A stretch of DNA of 64,000 nucleotides. It comes from Selaginella moellendorffii (lineage: Eukaryota; Plantae; Lycopodiophyta). Made by a program: the position numbers and the translations under genes. How positions within the stretch are numbered: the first letter of the stretch is position 1; each line of letters opens with the position of its first letter. The DNA lies in the NCBI RefSeq assembly GCF_000143415.4, contig NW_003314292.1, positions 1,557,498 to 1,621,497 on the forward strand, in the 5' to 3' direction. Shown in pieces: positions 53,487 to 64,000 of the stretch. Below the pieces are notes generated by a model. The model ran no database searches. It worked only from the letters and a program-made list of their open reading frames with translations, and had not been told where the DNA came from.

Positions 53487-55414
53487 TCATCGAATCGCAT
53501 GGTACCTCGAGAAGGCGATCCGGAGCGAGGTAGCTTTGAGTTTGGACCTGTGCTTGGAGGCGAGAGCCTCGGTCGCCTGCTCGATGGTGTCGAATTCTAC
53601 CAGAGCTTGCCTCCTGTTGGTGGACTCGAAGAGCTTCACCCTCTGGATGACGCCGTGGGGTGCCAGGAAGTTTAAGAGGTCGCCTTCCTCCACCTCGTCG
53701 CTCACGTTGGAGATGTGGAGGATCTTCGAGGGCGGGCAGCAGTTCTTGACGTACTCGCTGTTGAATCTGTTGTAGGGGTCCATTGTGAAGTCGCGAGTAC
53801 GAGGGTGTCTGATGGTGTTGTGCTTCGAGAAGGAGATCTCCATCGCGCTTCCAAGCAGAGGTGCTCCCTGTAGTTTAAACTCCCAGTCAGAGAGACAGAA
53901 AAGCAAGTAACAAGGTTTACCTTTAGAAAGTTCAAAGCAAGCTCTGCTTGGATCCCGTCTGCCAGCTGAACCAAGGCTTGCTTCGCATTTTCAAACATCT
54001 TAATCCGCAGTACTCGTCCATATCCAGAGAAGAGGTTGAAGAGTTTCTCTTCGTCTGTTCTCTGCGAGAAAAAGACACTCTTGTACAGCCATACCGTATA
54101 AAAAAACACACAAGTACCTCGTGTAGATTTGAAACAAGGAGAGTACACTTGTCATTACTTCCAGTGACCCCAAATGGAAGAACTCCTGACAACGGGACCG
54201 AGCCTGAAATTTCGAAAGGAAAAAACAAGAGGAAGTTGAAGACTTCGTTTAACCCCACCAAAACCACCTTGCTTCATCGTAGAAAACGCAGTGCCAGCAC
54301 CCAAGATCGAAGCCTGCGGAGAGGTTTTGCTCTGTGAATCCCCTGGCAAAGAATTATTTGTGTAGTCCCTGTTCATTTTAAACGGTTCCTTATAATTTCC
54401 AAGAAAGCGAAATGCAAAACTCAGAAACTTGCCTGGTAAGCTCATTGTTGGCTATGACTCTAACATTTTGATTACTGCTCAACAAACGCAAACGATAAGG
54501 ATCAAACCATACATGAAAGACAAGAGAAATAACTTACATCGAGAACTTAATATCCAATTTACAGCAGCCATCGAAGATCTGGCGTCCCTGGAGGGCTGAC
54601 TTTGCCGCTGCAGCAGCTTCATCGGATTCGAAGACAATAAATGCCTGAACAGCTGCTACCGAAGAGGCTTGTTAAATAGCTATGCCATTGGTAAAAGATA
54701 CTGACCAGCCTTGTGGAAGATGACAATCTTCTCGATATTGCCATGAGGGCTGAAAACTTGGTGGAGTATATCCACGTTCATTTGATAGAGCGGATTATGA
54801 ATAATGGCAAGAAGCACCCGAGAAGTCTCCACCTAGAAAACGAACAAGCATAAGCGCAAGGAACGTATGACTGACCAAGACACACAGACTTTGGGGTTTT
54901 CGGATTCGCTCAGCTTCTGGCGCGAGGAATACTCGACCTGGACTTCCTTCCCCCTGCAACACATTTGAAAATGACAACAAACAGAATGTGAATTTATGGT
55001 ACCTCAGGAGCGCCTGGTCCTCAGAGAAGTGCTTGATAACACTCCTTGCTTCCTCTACGTCTCCCATTTCCAGAAGTGCCTACGACAGCAAGACGATTTA
55101 GAAAGAACTGAGAAATAACGAAAACGCATACATCTCTCCCTGATCTCATCACAATGAACTTGTTTATCGATCCAAATGGTTTCACAAGATCTGTGAGCTC
55201 CTCCTGCAAGAAATTCCACACTAAGAAAACCCCACATTTTCGCAAGCGCACACACCTGAGTGATCTCGTCCGCTTGTGTTCGGAAGAAAAGAACCTTTGA
55301 CGGAGCCTACATAAAAACAGGTGTAGTTAGAACTTATAGAATCCATCTATGGAGACCAAACCGATGATTGTGCCAAGGTCGTCGTGGCGAAGCAGCGTCC
55401 CTGGAAGAGTCCAT
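53487..55414 (-). CDS. Polypyrimidine tract-binding protein-like (PTB3/hnRNP L type, 4 RRMs), multi-exon
   Basis: RVLLAIIHNPLYQMNVDILHQVFSPHG, GRQIFDGCCKLDIKFS, RDYTN, CTLLVSNL, NCCPPSKILHISN. Confidence 0.9.
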
Positions 55415-55640
55415 CGCTCTGCGAGCCAAATGTGGTAGAGGAGAGAAAGCGGCTGCTGGTCAGGAGGTGCCTGGCGCTCCTCGCAACCCCCGCGAAGCGC
55501 ATTCTCCCCCTTTCTAGCTAAGAACCCTTCGGAGAAGCGAGCCCTAAGATATAGCTAAACCCTAAACCATAAACCCTGTAAGGAATATGTGGATCCAACG
55601 GCTGGCCCCGCTGGTTCGTCGGATCTTTTCGCGAAGAACC

Positions 55641-57743
55641 CTAGCTCGCTGTAAGGATCCCCGAGAACATCATGTATGGCGCCGGATTCGCCAAATCCAT
55701 CTCCGAAGCGTTGTGAGCAGCTTGAGATCCGAGCTTGGCATTGGAATGTAGGCTACACGCCGTGAGCAGCGATGTCCACGCCTCGGCCCCGGCAGGAAAT
55801 GGCATGCTGCCGATCGCGTCCAGCGCCTCCTGGAGCCATCCGGATCTCCCAAGAATGTCAACGATGCAGTGGTAGTGCTCGCTGCCAGGGATTATCCCGT
55901 GATCCGGCCACATCGATGCGAAGTACTCGCAGCTCTGGATCACCATCCCGGCGTGGCTGCAAGTTGAGAGGAGCCCGATGAATGTGATCCCGTTTGGAGC
56001 GACGCCGTCCAAGACCATCGATCGCAGGAGATTTCTTGCGGTGCCGTGATGTCCCGCCTGGGAATACGCCGCAAGGAGCGCGTTCCACGAGACAACATCG
56101 CCGATTCCAGAGATCTTGTCGAAGATTACGTGAGCATCGGCCAGAGATCCACACTTGCCATACATGCTGATGAGCGCATTCGCCACTGGGAGCTCCGATC
56201 CAGCGCCACACCCGCGGAAGCTCTCGTGGATCGTCCTGCAGCGATCTAGAGATCCAACGCTGCTGGCCGCATCGGCAATGGTGACGAGCGTGATCGCGTC
56301 AGGCAGGACGCCTTCAAGATCCATCCGCTGGAAGAGCCTGATTGATTCCTCGCCTTGGCCGTCCTCGACGAGACCCTGGATCATCGTGTTCCAAGAAATG
56401 ACGTTCCTGTGGGGCATCTCCAAGAACAAAGCCCTAGAATCTTCCATTTGCCTGTTCAAGGCATATGCCGCGAGCATGGCATTCCAAGCTATCGCATCCC
56501 TCTCCGGCATCTCTTCGAAAATCTCCCGCGCGTTCTCAAATTTTCCCGCCTCGCCGAAGAGCTTGATCATGGCCGTCCAAGTGACCACATCGCGCTCGCC
56601 CATTTTAGAGTAGAGCTCCGCGCCCTCGTCTATGGCGCTCTCGATTGCTAGGGCGAGTATCATCGAGTTCCAGGAGATCACATTCCAGTGAGGCATCGCT
56701 CTGAATATCCTCCTCGATTCTTCCAGATTCTCGGCCTGCGTGTAGACGGAGATCATCGTGTTCCAGGACACCACGTCTCGATCGCGATCTGGCATTCGAT
56801 CAAACACAGCTCTGGCGCTGAAGGAATCCCGCCGCTCGCCGCAAGCTGCAATCAGCGCGTTCCAGGCCACGGTCATCGTCCAATCCAGGCGATCCAGGGT
56901 CGTCTCCAGCATCTGCCGCGCTTGATCGATCCTCCCGGCCATGGCGTAGGCTTGGACCATCGCGTTCATCGCTACTGCGTCCCGGTGAGGCATTCTTTCG
57001 AATAATCTCTCGGCTTCTTCTAGGTCATCGTTCTGTGCGTAGGCGAAGATCATCGTGTTCCAAGAAATCTCGTTCCGTTGCTTCATCGCGTCAAAGATCT
57101 TCCTAGCCTCGGCAAGATGCCGGTTCTGGGAATAAGCGTTAATCATCGTGTTCCAGGATACAAGATCTCGCTGCTCCATCCTATCAAAGATCTCTCGCGC
57201 CTCAGAAATCTTCCCCTCTCCAGCATACGCAGCCATCATCGTGTTCCAGGTAAAGAGATCCTTCTTCTTTGTTCTATCAAACAGTGCCTTGGCTTCTTCC
57301 AGGTCCCCATCTTGGGCATATGCTGCGATCATGGCATTCCACGAGACAACATCCTTGGAGGGCATCTCGTCAAAGAGATCTCTCGCTCGATCGATCTGCC
57401 CGTTGCGAGCGTATGCCGCGACAATGATGTTCCAGGAGTATGTGTTGGGCTGATCCAGGCGATCGAAAGCCGCTTGCGCCTTGTCCAATTGCCCGCACTT
57501 GCCATACATCTCGATGAGGAGATTTCCCAGGTATCTGTCATTCGCAAATTCACTCGAGGAGATTTTCTTGTAGACTTGATCCCCCTGTGAAGGGTCCTTG
57601 GAATTCCCACATTGCTTGAGGAGGTGAGCAAAATAGTCAGTGCATGATGATACTTGCACTAAAGCTCCATTGTGTGTTCTTCCAGTGGTTTTGGATTGGG
57701 TTGGGTTCTCCGGCATCGTCATTCGCGCAAAATGCAAATCCAT
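55641..57743 (-). CDS. PLS-class PPR protein with E domain, no DYW
   Basis: Intronless 700 aa. Tandem DVVSWNAMI motifs, TCSHAG, HYHCIVDILGRSGWL, AWTSLLTACSLH. Confidence 0.95.
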   Translation of the reverse strand: MDLHFARMTMPENPTQSKTTGRTHNGALVQVSSCTDYFAHLLKQCGNSKDPSQGDQVYKKISSSEFANDRYLGNLLIEMYGKCGQLDKAQAAFDRLDQPNTYSWNIIVAAYARNGQIDRARDLFDEMPSKDVVSWNAMIAAYAQDGDLEEAKALFDRTKKKDLFTWNTMMAAYAGEGKISEAREIFDRMEQRDLVSWNTMINAYSQNRHLAEARKIFDAMKQRNEISWNTMIFAYAQNDDLEEAERLFERMPHRDAVAMNAMVQAYAMAGRIDQARQMLETTLDRLDWTMTVAWNALIAACGERRDSFSARAVFDRMPDRDRDVVSWNTMISVYTQAENLEESRRIFRAMPHWNVISWNSMILALAIESAIDEGAELYSKMGERDVVTWTAMIKLFGEAGKFENAREIFEEMPERDAIAWNAMLAAYALNRQMEDSRALFLEMPHRNVISWNTMIQGLVEDGQGEESIRLFQRMDLEGVLPDAITLVTIADAASSVGSLDRCRTIHESFRGCGAGSELPVANALISMYGKCGSLADAHVIFDKISGIGDVVSWNALLAAYSQAGHHGTARNLLRSMVLDGVAPNGITFIGLLSTCSHAGMVIQSCEYFASMWPDHGIIPGSEHYHCIVDILGRSGWLQEALDAIGSMPFPAGAEAWTSLLTACSLHSNAKLGSQAAHNASEMDLANPAPYMMFSGILTAS

Positions 57744-58274
57744 TCCATTTCTACAGCGCTAGAACTAGCGCGCATTTTCGCTTAGATATCCTACAGGGGG
57801 CGTTCCTGGAAGGGTCCGGTACCGGCATTGCTCCAACCGGGCCATATGCCCACCTGGGGTTTTTTATTCCGGTTCCTTTCCCCCTTAAAAACAAGGACCG
57901 GTGCGCCTAATGGCAACCCGTACTGGGCCATGGGAAAGTATCTGGTCGTGGTGTCGCACTGGTCCCAGGAACGTCTATTTTTACCTTTTAAAGATTTTTT
58001 CACTCTACATTTGTATTTTTTTTGGTTATCTTTAACACAAGTGCTTTTCAGGATCTACGAGAGGGGGAATTTTAGGCCGTATGACCATGACATGTTCTAC
58101 TCCTTCGAGCAGGATTACAACCGTGTAAAAACGTCAAAAGGAAAACGCATTTTACTTTTTAAAAGACTTTTTTTCGTTAGTAAAGGGAAAAGGTTTAACG
58201 GAGGTTTTAATTTTCTCATTTTACTTTTATAACCCCCCAAGTTTTAATGTAGCAAACGAGCCTTTGTTGTTAGG

Positions 58275-59760
58275 ATGGCGGACGAAAGCGGTGGGGGCGG
58301 TGCGACGGTGCGAATCTTGCGATACAATCGTTCTCCTGCGCAGCGCGTATGCCCCAACACTGTCTCGGCGGAAGAGCTCAGCAACGAGTATGGCGACGGC
58401 ACTCTTGCGCCCACAGGCGACACTTATGTTTGTGGTATTTATCTTTGCCTATCTTGTGTCTCATGTGCCTCTCTATCACGCAGCACTTCCTGCAAGCCAG
58501 CGCGCCGCTCTTGCGAAACTGGACGAAAGCACCTTACAATGGAAGTGCTTCTATTATTGTTGGCACTGCAGGAAAGCTGGGCGTCGTCGTCCCTGCGATA
58601 ACGTACGGCCCCGGCTTCCCTCCACAAAGTCATTCGAGCCGATCTGGGTGGTGGGAAGCTTGTGGCGGGACGTCGAGCAGGCAAAGAAGCTAATGTCCTT
58701 GCAGCTGAAGACACAGGATCCAAACTTCCCCTCGGAAGAGCTGAGCCATGCAGAGCCATGCAGAAGCTACTGGGCGGGATGACCTTGGCGAGACTGAGGC
58801 CGCATGGCAGGCAAGCATGGACGGAAGAAATGGGCATTGCCGTTCTGGGGGTGGCGGCTGGCCTCGAGGTGGTGGCCTGGTCCGGGCTGGCCATGGACAT
58901 GGTAGCGAGCCACATGCGGACGGTGAGCCACGTAAGTGGCGACCGTGACGCCGTCTTCACCGTGGATGCATTCGAGCCTATACTGGAGGAGGCAGCTGCG
59001 CGGATATGCAATCAAGATCACTTGTGTGCGGTGCTGGAGGTAGCGCAGCACGTTTTCAAGCAAGCTTACGTTGTGGAAGGGCCTCGAGGGGAAATAGTTC
59101 GGATTGTGCTGCTCTTGGCAATATATGCCTGTTGCAAGCACGAGGCAAGCTACAATAAGTTTAGCCACCCCGTCAAGCTCCAGGACGTGGTGACCAAGCT
59201 GTGTGGGAAACAGCTGCAATTAAAAGGGCTCGTTTATTTCAACCGCTTCATCTTCTTCAACCGAAAGAAGATCACCAAGGAGGACTTGCTCTTTTGCTTT
59301 GTGGGTGGTGTGGCGGTAATACCACAACCGAAGAAAGAGGCGTACGATGCACTGCTGCCTGTGCTGATGCCAGGGCCGGATGGGACATATGAGCTTTGGA
59401 ATGACAGAATGCAAGCCCTGCCGGTTCAGATTCAAAACAGACATGATCAGGATCCAATGTGCAACGGTAACAATAATCGTCTGGCTCCTATTCGAGCTTG
59501 GAAGAAGCAGCGCATTGTCACGGATGGTGAGACCTTGAGTAATCCCATTGCCATTTACATGCATTTGCGAGGACATAAGAAGTCACCAGTTGATGGTAGT
59601 GTGTTTCTCAGGGTAAGTGGATAGAAGTGTTAGTTGTTTTGTGCAGGAGAAGGTTCTTATAGCTCTCATTAAGTTGTGCTCTGCAGTTTTCAAGCTAGAT
59701 GATCATCTTGTCGGGAGTCGAGCAGAGATAGTCAGGCACAACTTTTTTAATTACTTTTAA
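58275..59760 (+). pseudogene. Crinkler(CR)-type NTPase + restriction-endonuclease-fold relic
   Basis: Eroded P-loop SIIVGTAGK and GFPPQS, then QKLLGG, RGEIVRIVLLLA, PVKLQD, VYFNRF, GVAV..YDALLPV..ALPVQIQNR. Frameshifts near 58630-58760, probable introns near 58430 and 59613. Confidence 0.6.
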
Positions 59761-59960
59761 ATAATTTTAATACCACAACAATGGTTTACAGAAGTTGTTC
59801 GACTGTATATACATTTCTCACTGTTTGAAATGTATTCTCTATGTCCAATCATGGGCCGTTATCACTAAAAAATTTAGAGAGACATACAGTCCACTTCCGA
59901 GCCTGTAGATTACAGCACCTATGTGCAAAGCCTGTAAAATCGAAGCGTGTTTTGCTAGTT

Positions 59961-62792
59961 TTAGCTGACGTACGTGTTTATCAAGGTGACAAACGATGAT
60001 CTAAAGTTCGTTGGAGCCACCATGTTTGCTACGTTTGATTCACTTTGCAGCTTACTTGCACCAAGTAAAGACATCCACGTTTCGGAAGAAGGTTCTCTAG
60101 GCAGTCCGCGGACCAAATCTCGTGCTTCACACAGCCATCCAGCTCTCCCAAGCAGATCAACCATGCAGGTATAGTGCACGGCGTCCGGCTCCACTCCATA
60201 GTCAGTGACCATCGAACTGAACAGAGAACAGCCGAGGTGGTGAAAGCCTCCATGGCTGCAAGCAGACAGGATGCTAACGAAAGTCACTTTGCTGGCTGAG
60301 AAACCATCCATAGACATTTCGTGAAGAACCTCAGCGGCAACCATGACATGGCCGCTCTGGCTGTACGCACTGAGGAGAACACTCCAAGAAACCAAGTCGT
60401 GTTCTACTCGGGCATCAAACATACTTCGTGCCACTTTCAAGTCACCAAACTTTGCAAACATGCTGAAGAATGCAGTGGCAACTAAGGTGTTGGATAGGAA
60501 TCCGGTGTCGATGGCGATAGAGTAAAGATATCTTCCAAACAAGATAGCTTCGGTGGTCATCGAGCAGGCCTCCACAACAGTAAGAAAGCTCAACTCGTCA
60601 GCCTCGACTCCTTCCAGGTCCATAGTTTTAAAGAGATGGATCGCTTCTGGGTGATCTCCGTGCCGGACATAGGCTTGCATGATCGAGTTCCAGGACACCA
60701 CATCTCGTTGAGGCATGGCATCAAAGAGCTTTCGTGCTCGCTCAAGCTGGTTTCTTTGGGAATAGGCGGTGATGAGCGTGTTGGACGAGATGAGATCAAT
60801 CAAAGGCAGCCGGCTCAAAACAAGCTCAGCGTCATCGAGACGATCGTGCTGACACAAACCAGCAATGGCCAAGCTCCAGGAAGAAACACTGTGCTCGGGC
60901 ATATTTTCCAGCAAAGTTTTCTGGAGCTCTCCCAGCTTGCTGCTGCTCTTCGAGTAGATTGACAGCATACAGTTCCAAGAGACGACGTCCCTGCACGGCA
61001 TTTCTTCGTTAAAAATCCTCTCCGCCATCTCCAGTTCGTCTGAGAGCTCGCAAGATCTAATCATCACGTTCCAGGATACAATGCTCCTCTCGGGCATACT
61101 TTCAAAAGTTTCTTTCACCCTGTTAGGCTCCCCAGACCGTACGCACCCGGCCAGAATGGTTGTCCACGACACCACGTCCCGTACGGGAATGACTTCGAAC
61201 AGTTCCCGTGCGAAACGCAGATGCGCGCCTTCCGCAAATGCCTGGATCATGCAGTTCCACGAGAGAAGATTCCACTGGGGCATGGCATCGTACACTTGCT
61301 TGGCATTACCGTGCATGCCGTACTCTCCGTACATGGCCATAAGTGTGTTCCACGACGTTATGTTTTTCATTGGCATGGAATCAAAAGTTTCTTTGGCGGG
61401 AGCGATTTCTCCATTCGCGGCAAATGCCGAAATCATGGCATTCCATGAAACAAGATCTTTCTCGGGAACTTGCTTAAAGATTTTCTCCGCGAAATCTACT
61501 CTCGAGTTCTCTCCGTACGCTGTGATCATCGCGTTCCACATCGAAGCGTCCCTGGCAGGAACTTCCTCAAAGAACATCCTCTCCGCATCCTCCAGATGCC
61601 CCGCTTTGGCATATGCCGAGATTAAGGAACACCACGCGACGGAATCTCTATACGGCATTTGATGGAAAAGGTTCTTTGCTTCTCTCAGATCGCCGGTTCT
61701 TCCGTATGCGCTCACAATCACAGTCCAGGAAATCGCATCTCTCTCCGGCATTTCGTCAAAGATCTCTCTCGCTAGCTCCAAGTTGCCCCACTGCGCGTAG
61801 ATCTTCATCATCAACGTCCATAGCTGGATGTCCTTTTTCTCCTGGCGATCAAATAGCGCCCTCGCATCGATCACGTCCCCTGCATCGCCCAGCGCACGGA
61901 TTATCGGGAAACAAACACTTGGAGTTCTTAAGGGTGGATCGATGGAATCGAGCAATGTTTTGGCTTCCTGGATCAACCCGTGATTGCAATACGCCTCCAA
62001 TAGTACGAACAAAGTCCCAGGATCGCGCTGGTGAGGCATGAGATCGAATAGCTCTTTTGCGTCCTGGATTTGCCCGCAAGAAATAAATCCCCGGAGAAGG
62101 GCATTCCAGGAGATCTCATCCCTCTGTGGCATTCGATCAAAAAACTGTTTTGCTTCTTTAATCTTCCCACTCGCAGCGAGCGATTTGAGAATTAAATTCA
62201 ATGAAGCGATCGTTTTATCGGGCATTTTCTCAAACAAATGACACGCTTGCTGTAGATGCCCACGCTTGGCGTATCCCCCAATCATTACATTCCAGGAGAT
62301 GGAATCTCTCACCCGCATTCTATCAAAAACTTTCTTGGCTCCTTCTACGTCTTCCTGTTGTAGGTATCCAGATATTATGGGATTCCATGAAGCTGGATCA
62401 TCGCTTTGATCGCGAATCGCCAAGTTCTCGGCCTCTTCGAGATGCCCCATCCGGGCATATGCCGCTATCATCGTGTTCAAGGCAACAGGACTCTGTTGTG
62501 GCATCGCATCAAACCAGCTTCGAGCTTGTGCCAAGTCCCCGTTGCGTGAAAATGCCGCGAGCATGATATTCCAGGAAAACTGATTTGGCGTGAGAATCTC
62601 TTCAAAGGCACCGTGAGCCTCGCTGATACACCCACACCGGCCATACATTTCTACAACCAGATTAGCGAGGAAGATGTTTTGTTGAAGCTCCTTGTGTGCC
62701 TTAACCTTAAAGTGGATCCTCTTGGCTTCCTCCACATCCCTTGAGATGCCAATTGACTTTATTTGCAATGCAAGAGATTTGATGGTTTCCAT
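59961..62792 (-). CDS. PLS-class PPR protein with E domain, no DYW
   Basis: Intronless, about 940 aa from the first ATG. More than 20 PPR motifs, ACSHGG, HYTCMVDLLGRAGWL, TWMSLLGAS. Confidence 0.95.
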   Translation of the reverse strand: METIKSLALQIKSIGISRDVEEAKRIHFKVKAHKELQQNIFLANLVVEMYGRCGCISEAHGAFEEILTPNQFSWNIMLAAFSRNGDLAQARSWFDAMPQQSPVALNTMIAAYARMGHLEEAENLAIRDQSDDPASWNPIISGYLQQEDVEGAKKVFDRMRVRDSISWNVMIGGYAKRGHLQQACHLFEKMPDKTIASLNLILKSLAASGKIKEAKQFFDRMPQRDEISWNALLRGFISCGQIQDAKELFDLMPHQRDPGTLFVLLEAYCNHGLIQEAKTLLDSIDPPLRTPSVCFPIIRALGDAGDVIDARALFDRQEKKDIQLWTLMMKIYAQWGNLELAREIFDEMPERDAISWTVIVSAYGRTGDLREAKNLFHQMPYRDSVAWCSLISAYAKAGHLEDAERMFFEEVPARDASMWNAMITAYGENSRVDFAEKIFKQVPEKDLVSWNAMISAFAANGEIAPAKETFDSMPMKNITSWNTLMAMYGEYGMHGNAKQVYDAMPQWNLLSWNCMIQAFAEGAHLRFARELFEVIPVRDVVSWTTILAGCVRSGEPNRVKETFESMPERSIVSWNVMIRSCELSDELEMAERIFNEEMPCRDVVSWNCMLSIYSKSSSKLGELQKTLLENMPEHSVSSWSLAIAGLCQHDRLDDAELVLSRLPLIDLISSNTLITAYSQRNQLERARKLFDAMPQRDVVSWNSIMQAYVRHGDHPEAIHLFKTMDLEGVEADELSFLTVVEACSMTTEAILFGRYLYSIAIDTGFLSNTLVATAFFSMFAKFGDLKVARSMFDARVEHDLVSWSVLLSAYSQSGHVMVAAEVLHEMSMDGFSASKVTFVSILSACSHGGFHHLGCSLFSSMVTDYGVEPDAVHYTCMVDLLGRAGWLCEARDLVRGLPREPSSETWMSLLGASKLQSESNVANMVAPTNFRSSFVTLINTYVS

Positions 62793-64000
62793 GGTTTCAG
62801 ATTGGAATGGAATATAAAATGCAAACTTGTTGAAGGCTCTGGTGGTGCTGGGTTCAAATTCTTTGCAGGATTTAAAATATACATCAATCAATCACAACAA
62901 CAAAACAATAAGAGGCGAGCCGTCGGATCGTCGGATTGCAAATATGTATGGTTATGAGAAAAATTGGGTTAGTGTAACAGGGTAACACCATTGGATGAGC
63001 AACTGCTGGCTGATTAGCTCGTGAGCCCATCTGGGAGATGAGCAATTGAGAAGCACTGAGAATTGTGAGAGTTGGAATGCTGGGCAAGGATGGGATGGCT
63101 TGGGCTTTGATTCTGTTTGAGTTTTTCCTCATCTCTCAGCCACTGCCAAGAGTTTTGGCAGAGTTATAACTGTAGATTAGAAATGGTGGCCAGACTCCGT
63201 GTACAGATCATGAACAAATCATCTCATGGCCACACACCTCCAAAATATTGACTGGTGTCTCCGTGTGATCTATATGATATTATGCAAACACGAAGGCATC
63301 ACGGCATAATTTTTAACCCTTGAGTCTACGTTTCTATCCAGTGTTCTTCCCAAGCATCACTGGTATAAGCGCTGGGATTTTGGTCAAATGCCTTGCCTTG
63401 GACGTGCTAGGCATTGACTCAGTACTCGTTGTTTCATATCACAAAACAATTGCTCTCTATCTCCAACATAAGGTGCTCCGCAGTATATCCTAAAAGGTGA
63501 CTTTTAAGAATGAAGCTTGCAAATGAAGTGTTAAAAACTTTCAAAATAATTATCAAGATTTCTCATATGTGCTTTCCAAGGGATCCTGGACGCAAAGGCA
63601 TCAACCTAAAATGTGGGAAAGAAACAAAATACCATGTTTTTGTTTTTTATTTTTTTTCTCTCCCATTCATTGGTTAGTCCCCCTCAGCTGGATAGAAGTG
63701 GAATTGCAAATGTAATTCCACATTCCATGAAACTATGAAACTATGCCTACTTTAGAAGTTATGGATTAGCAAGGACATAATAAAAATGATTGTTGTGAAT
63801 TTGTGAAGTGTTTGTTAATTGCTCAACATTGGTTGGGCAAATTACTAGTCTACTACTATAATGAGCAATCGCTAAACTGCTGGATCTTGCCAGTCAGCAC
63901 GAAGTAACTTGGTAAATATTGCTTTTTATCGCACGTCCTTTGGAAATAGAGGCCGAACAGCATGGGGAAAGGAGGATCCAGCGGCAGCGCTGGCCAAGTA

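Noticed and set aside
58743-58762. 10-bp tandem duplication as the sole cause of the frameshift in the CR relic
   Set aside because: Removing it does not restore the KLLGG frame; other indels are required.
62884-64000. Short ORFs at the window end
   Set aside because: No recognisable domain or consistent exon structure.

Overview
Eukaryotic plant nuclear DNA. It is gene-dense, introns are very short (about 45-100 nt) and it carries intronless PLS-class PPR genes, which points to a lycophyte such as Selaginella moellendorffii (inference, not confirmed). Apparently intact genes: two tRNA-Ala(AGC), an S8 subtilase, an F-box protein, URB1/Npa1, a TH2-like TenA-HAD protein, a PSI/DUF668 protein, a TBC RabGAP, PEX13, a full-length ABCB transporter, a PTB-like RRM protein and two PPR-E proteins. 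The 20-34 kb block is a nest of transposon relics: two related solo LTRs, a decayed intron-containing MULE-like transposase, a complete TRIM and an inverted solo TRIM LTR. An AT-rich secreted bulb-lectin gene lies next to it. Most notable: a Crinkler-like NTPase/REase relic between the PPR genes, the lectin gene whose two stops sit inside a GT..AG segment, and local 'ghost' copies of neighbouring genes shrunk by many small deletions. All family calls come from motif recognition by eye; no searches were run.
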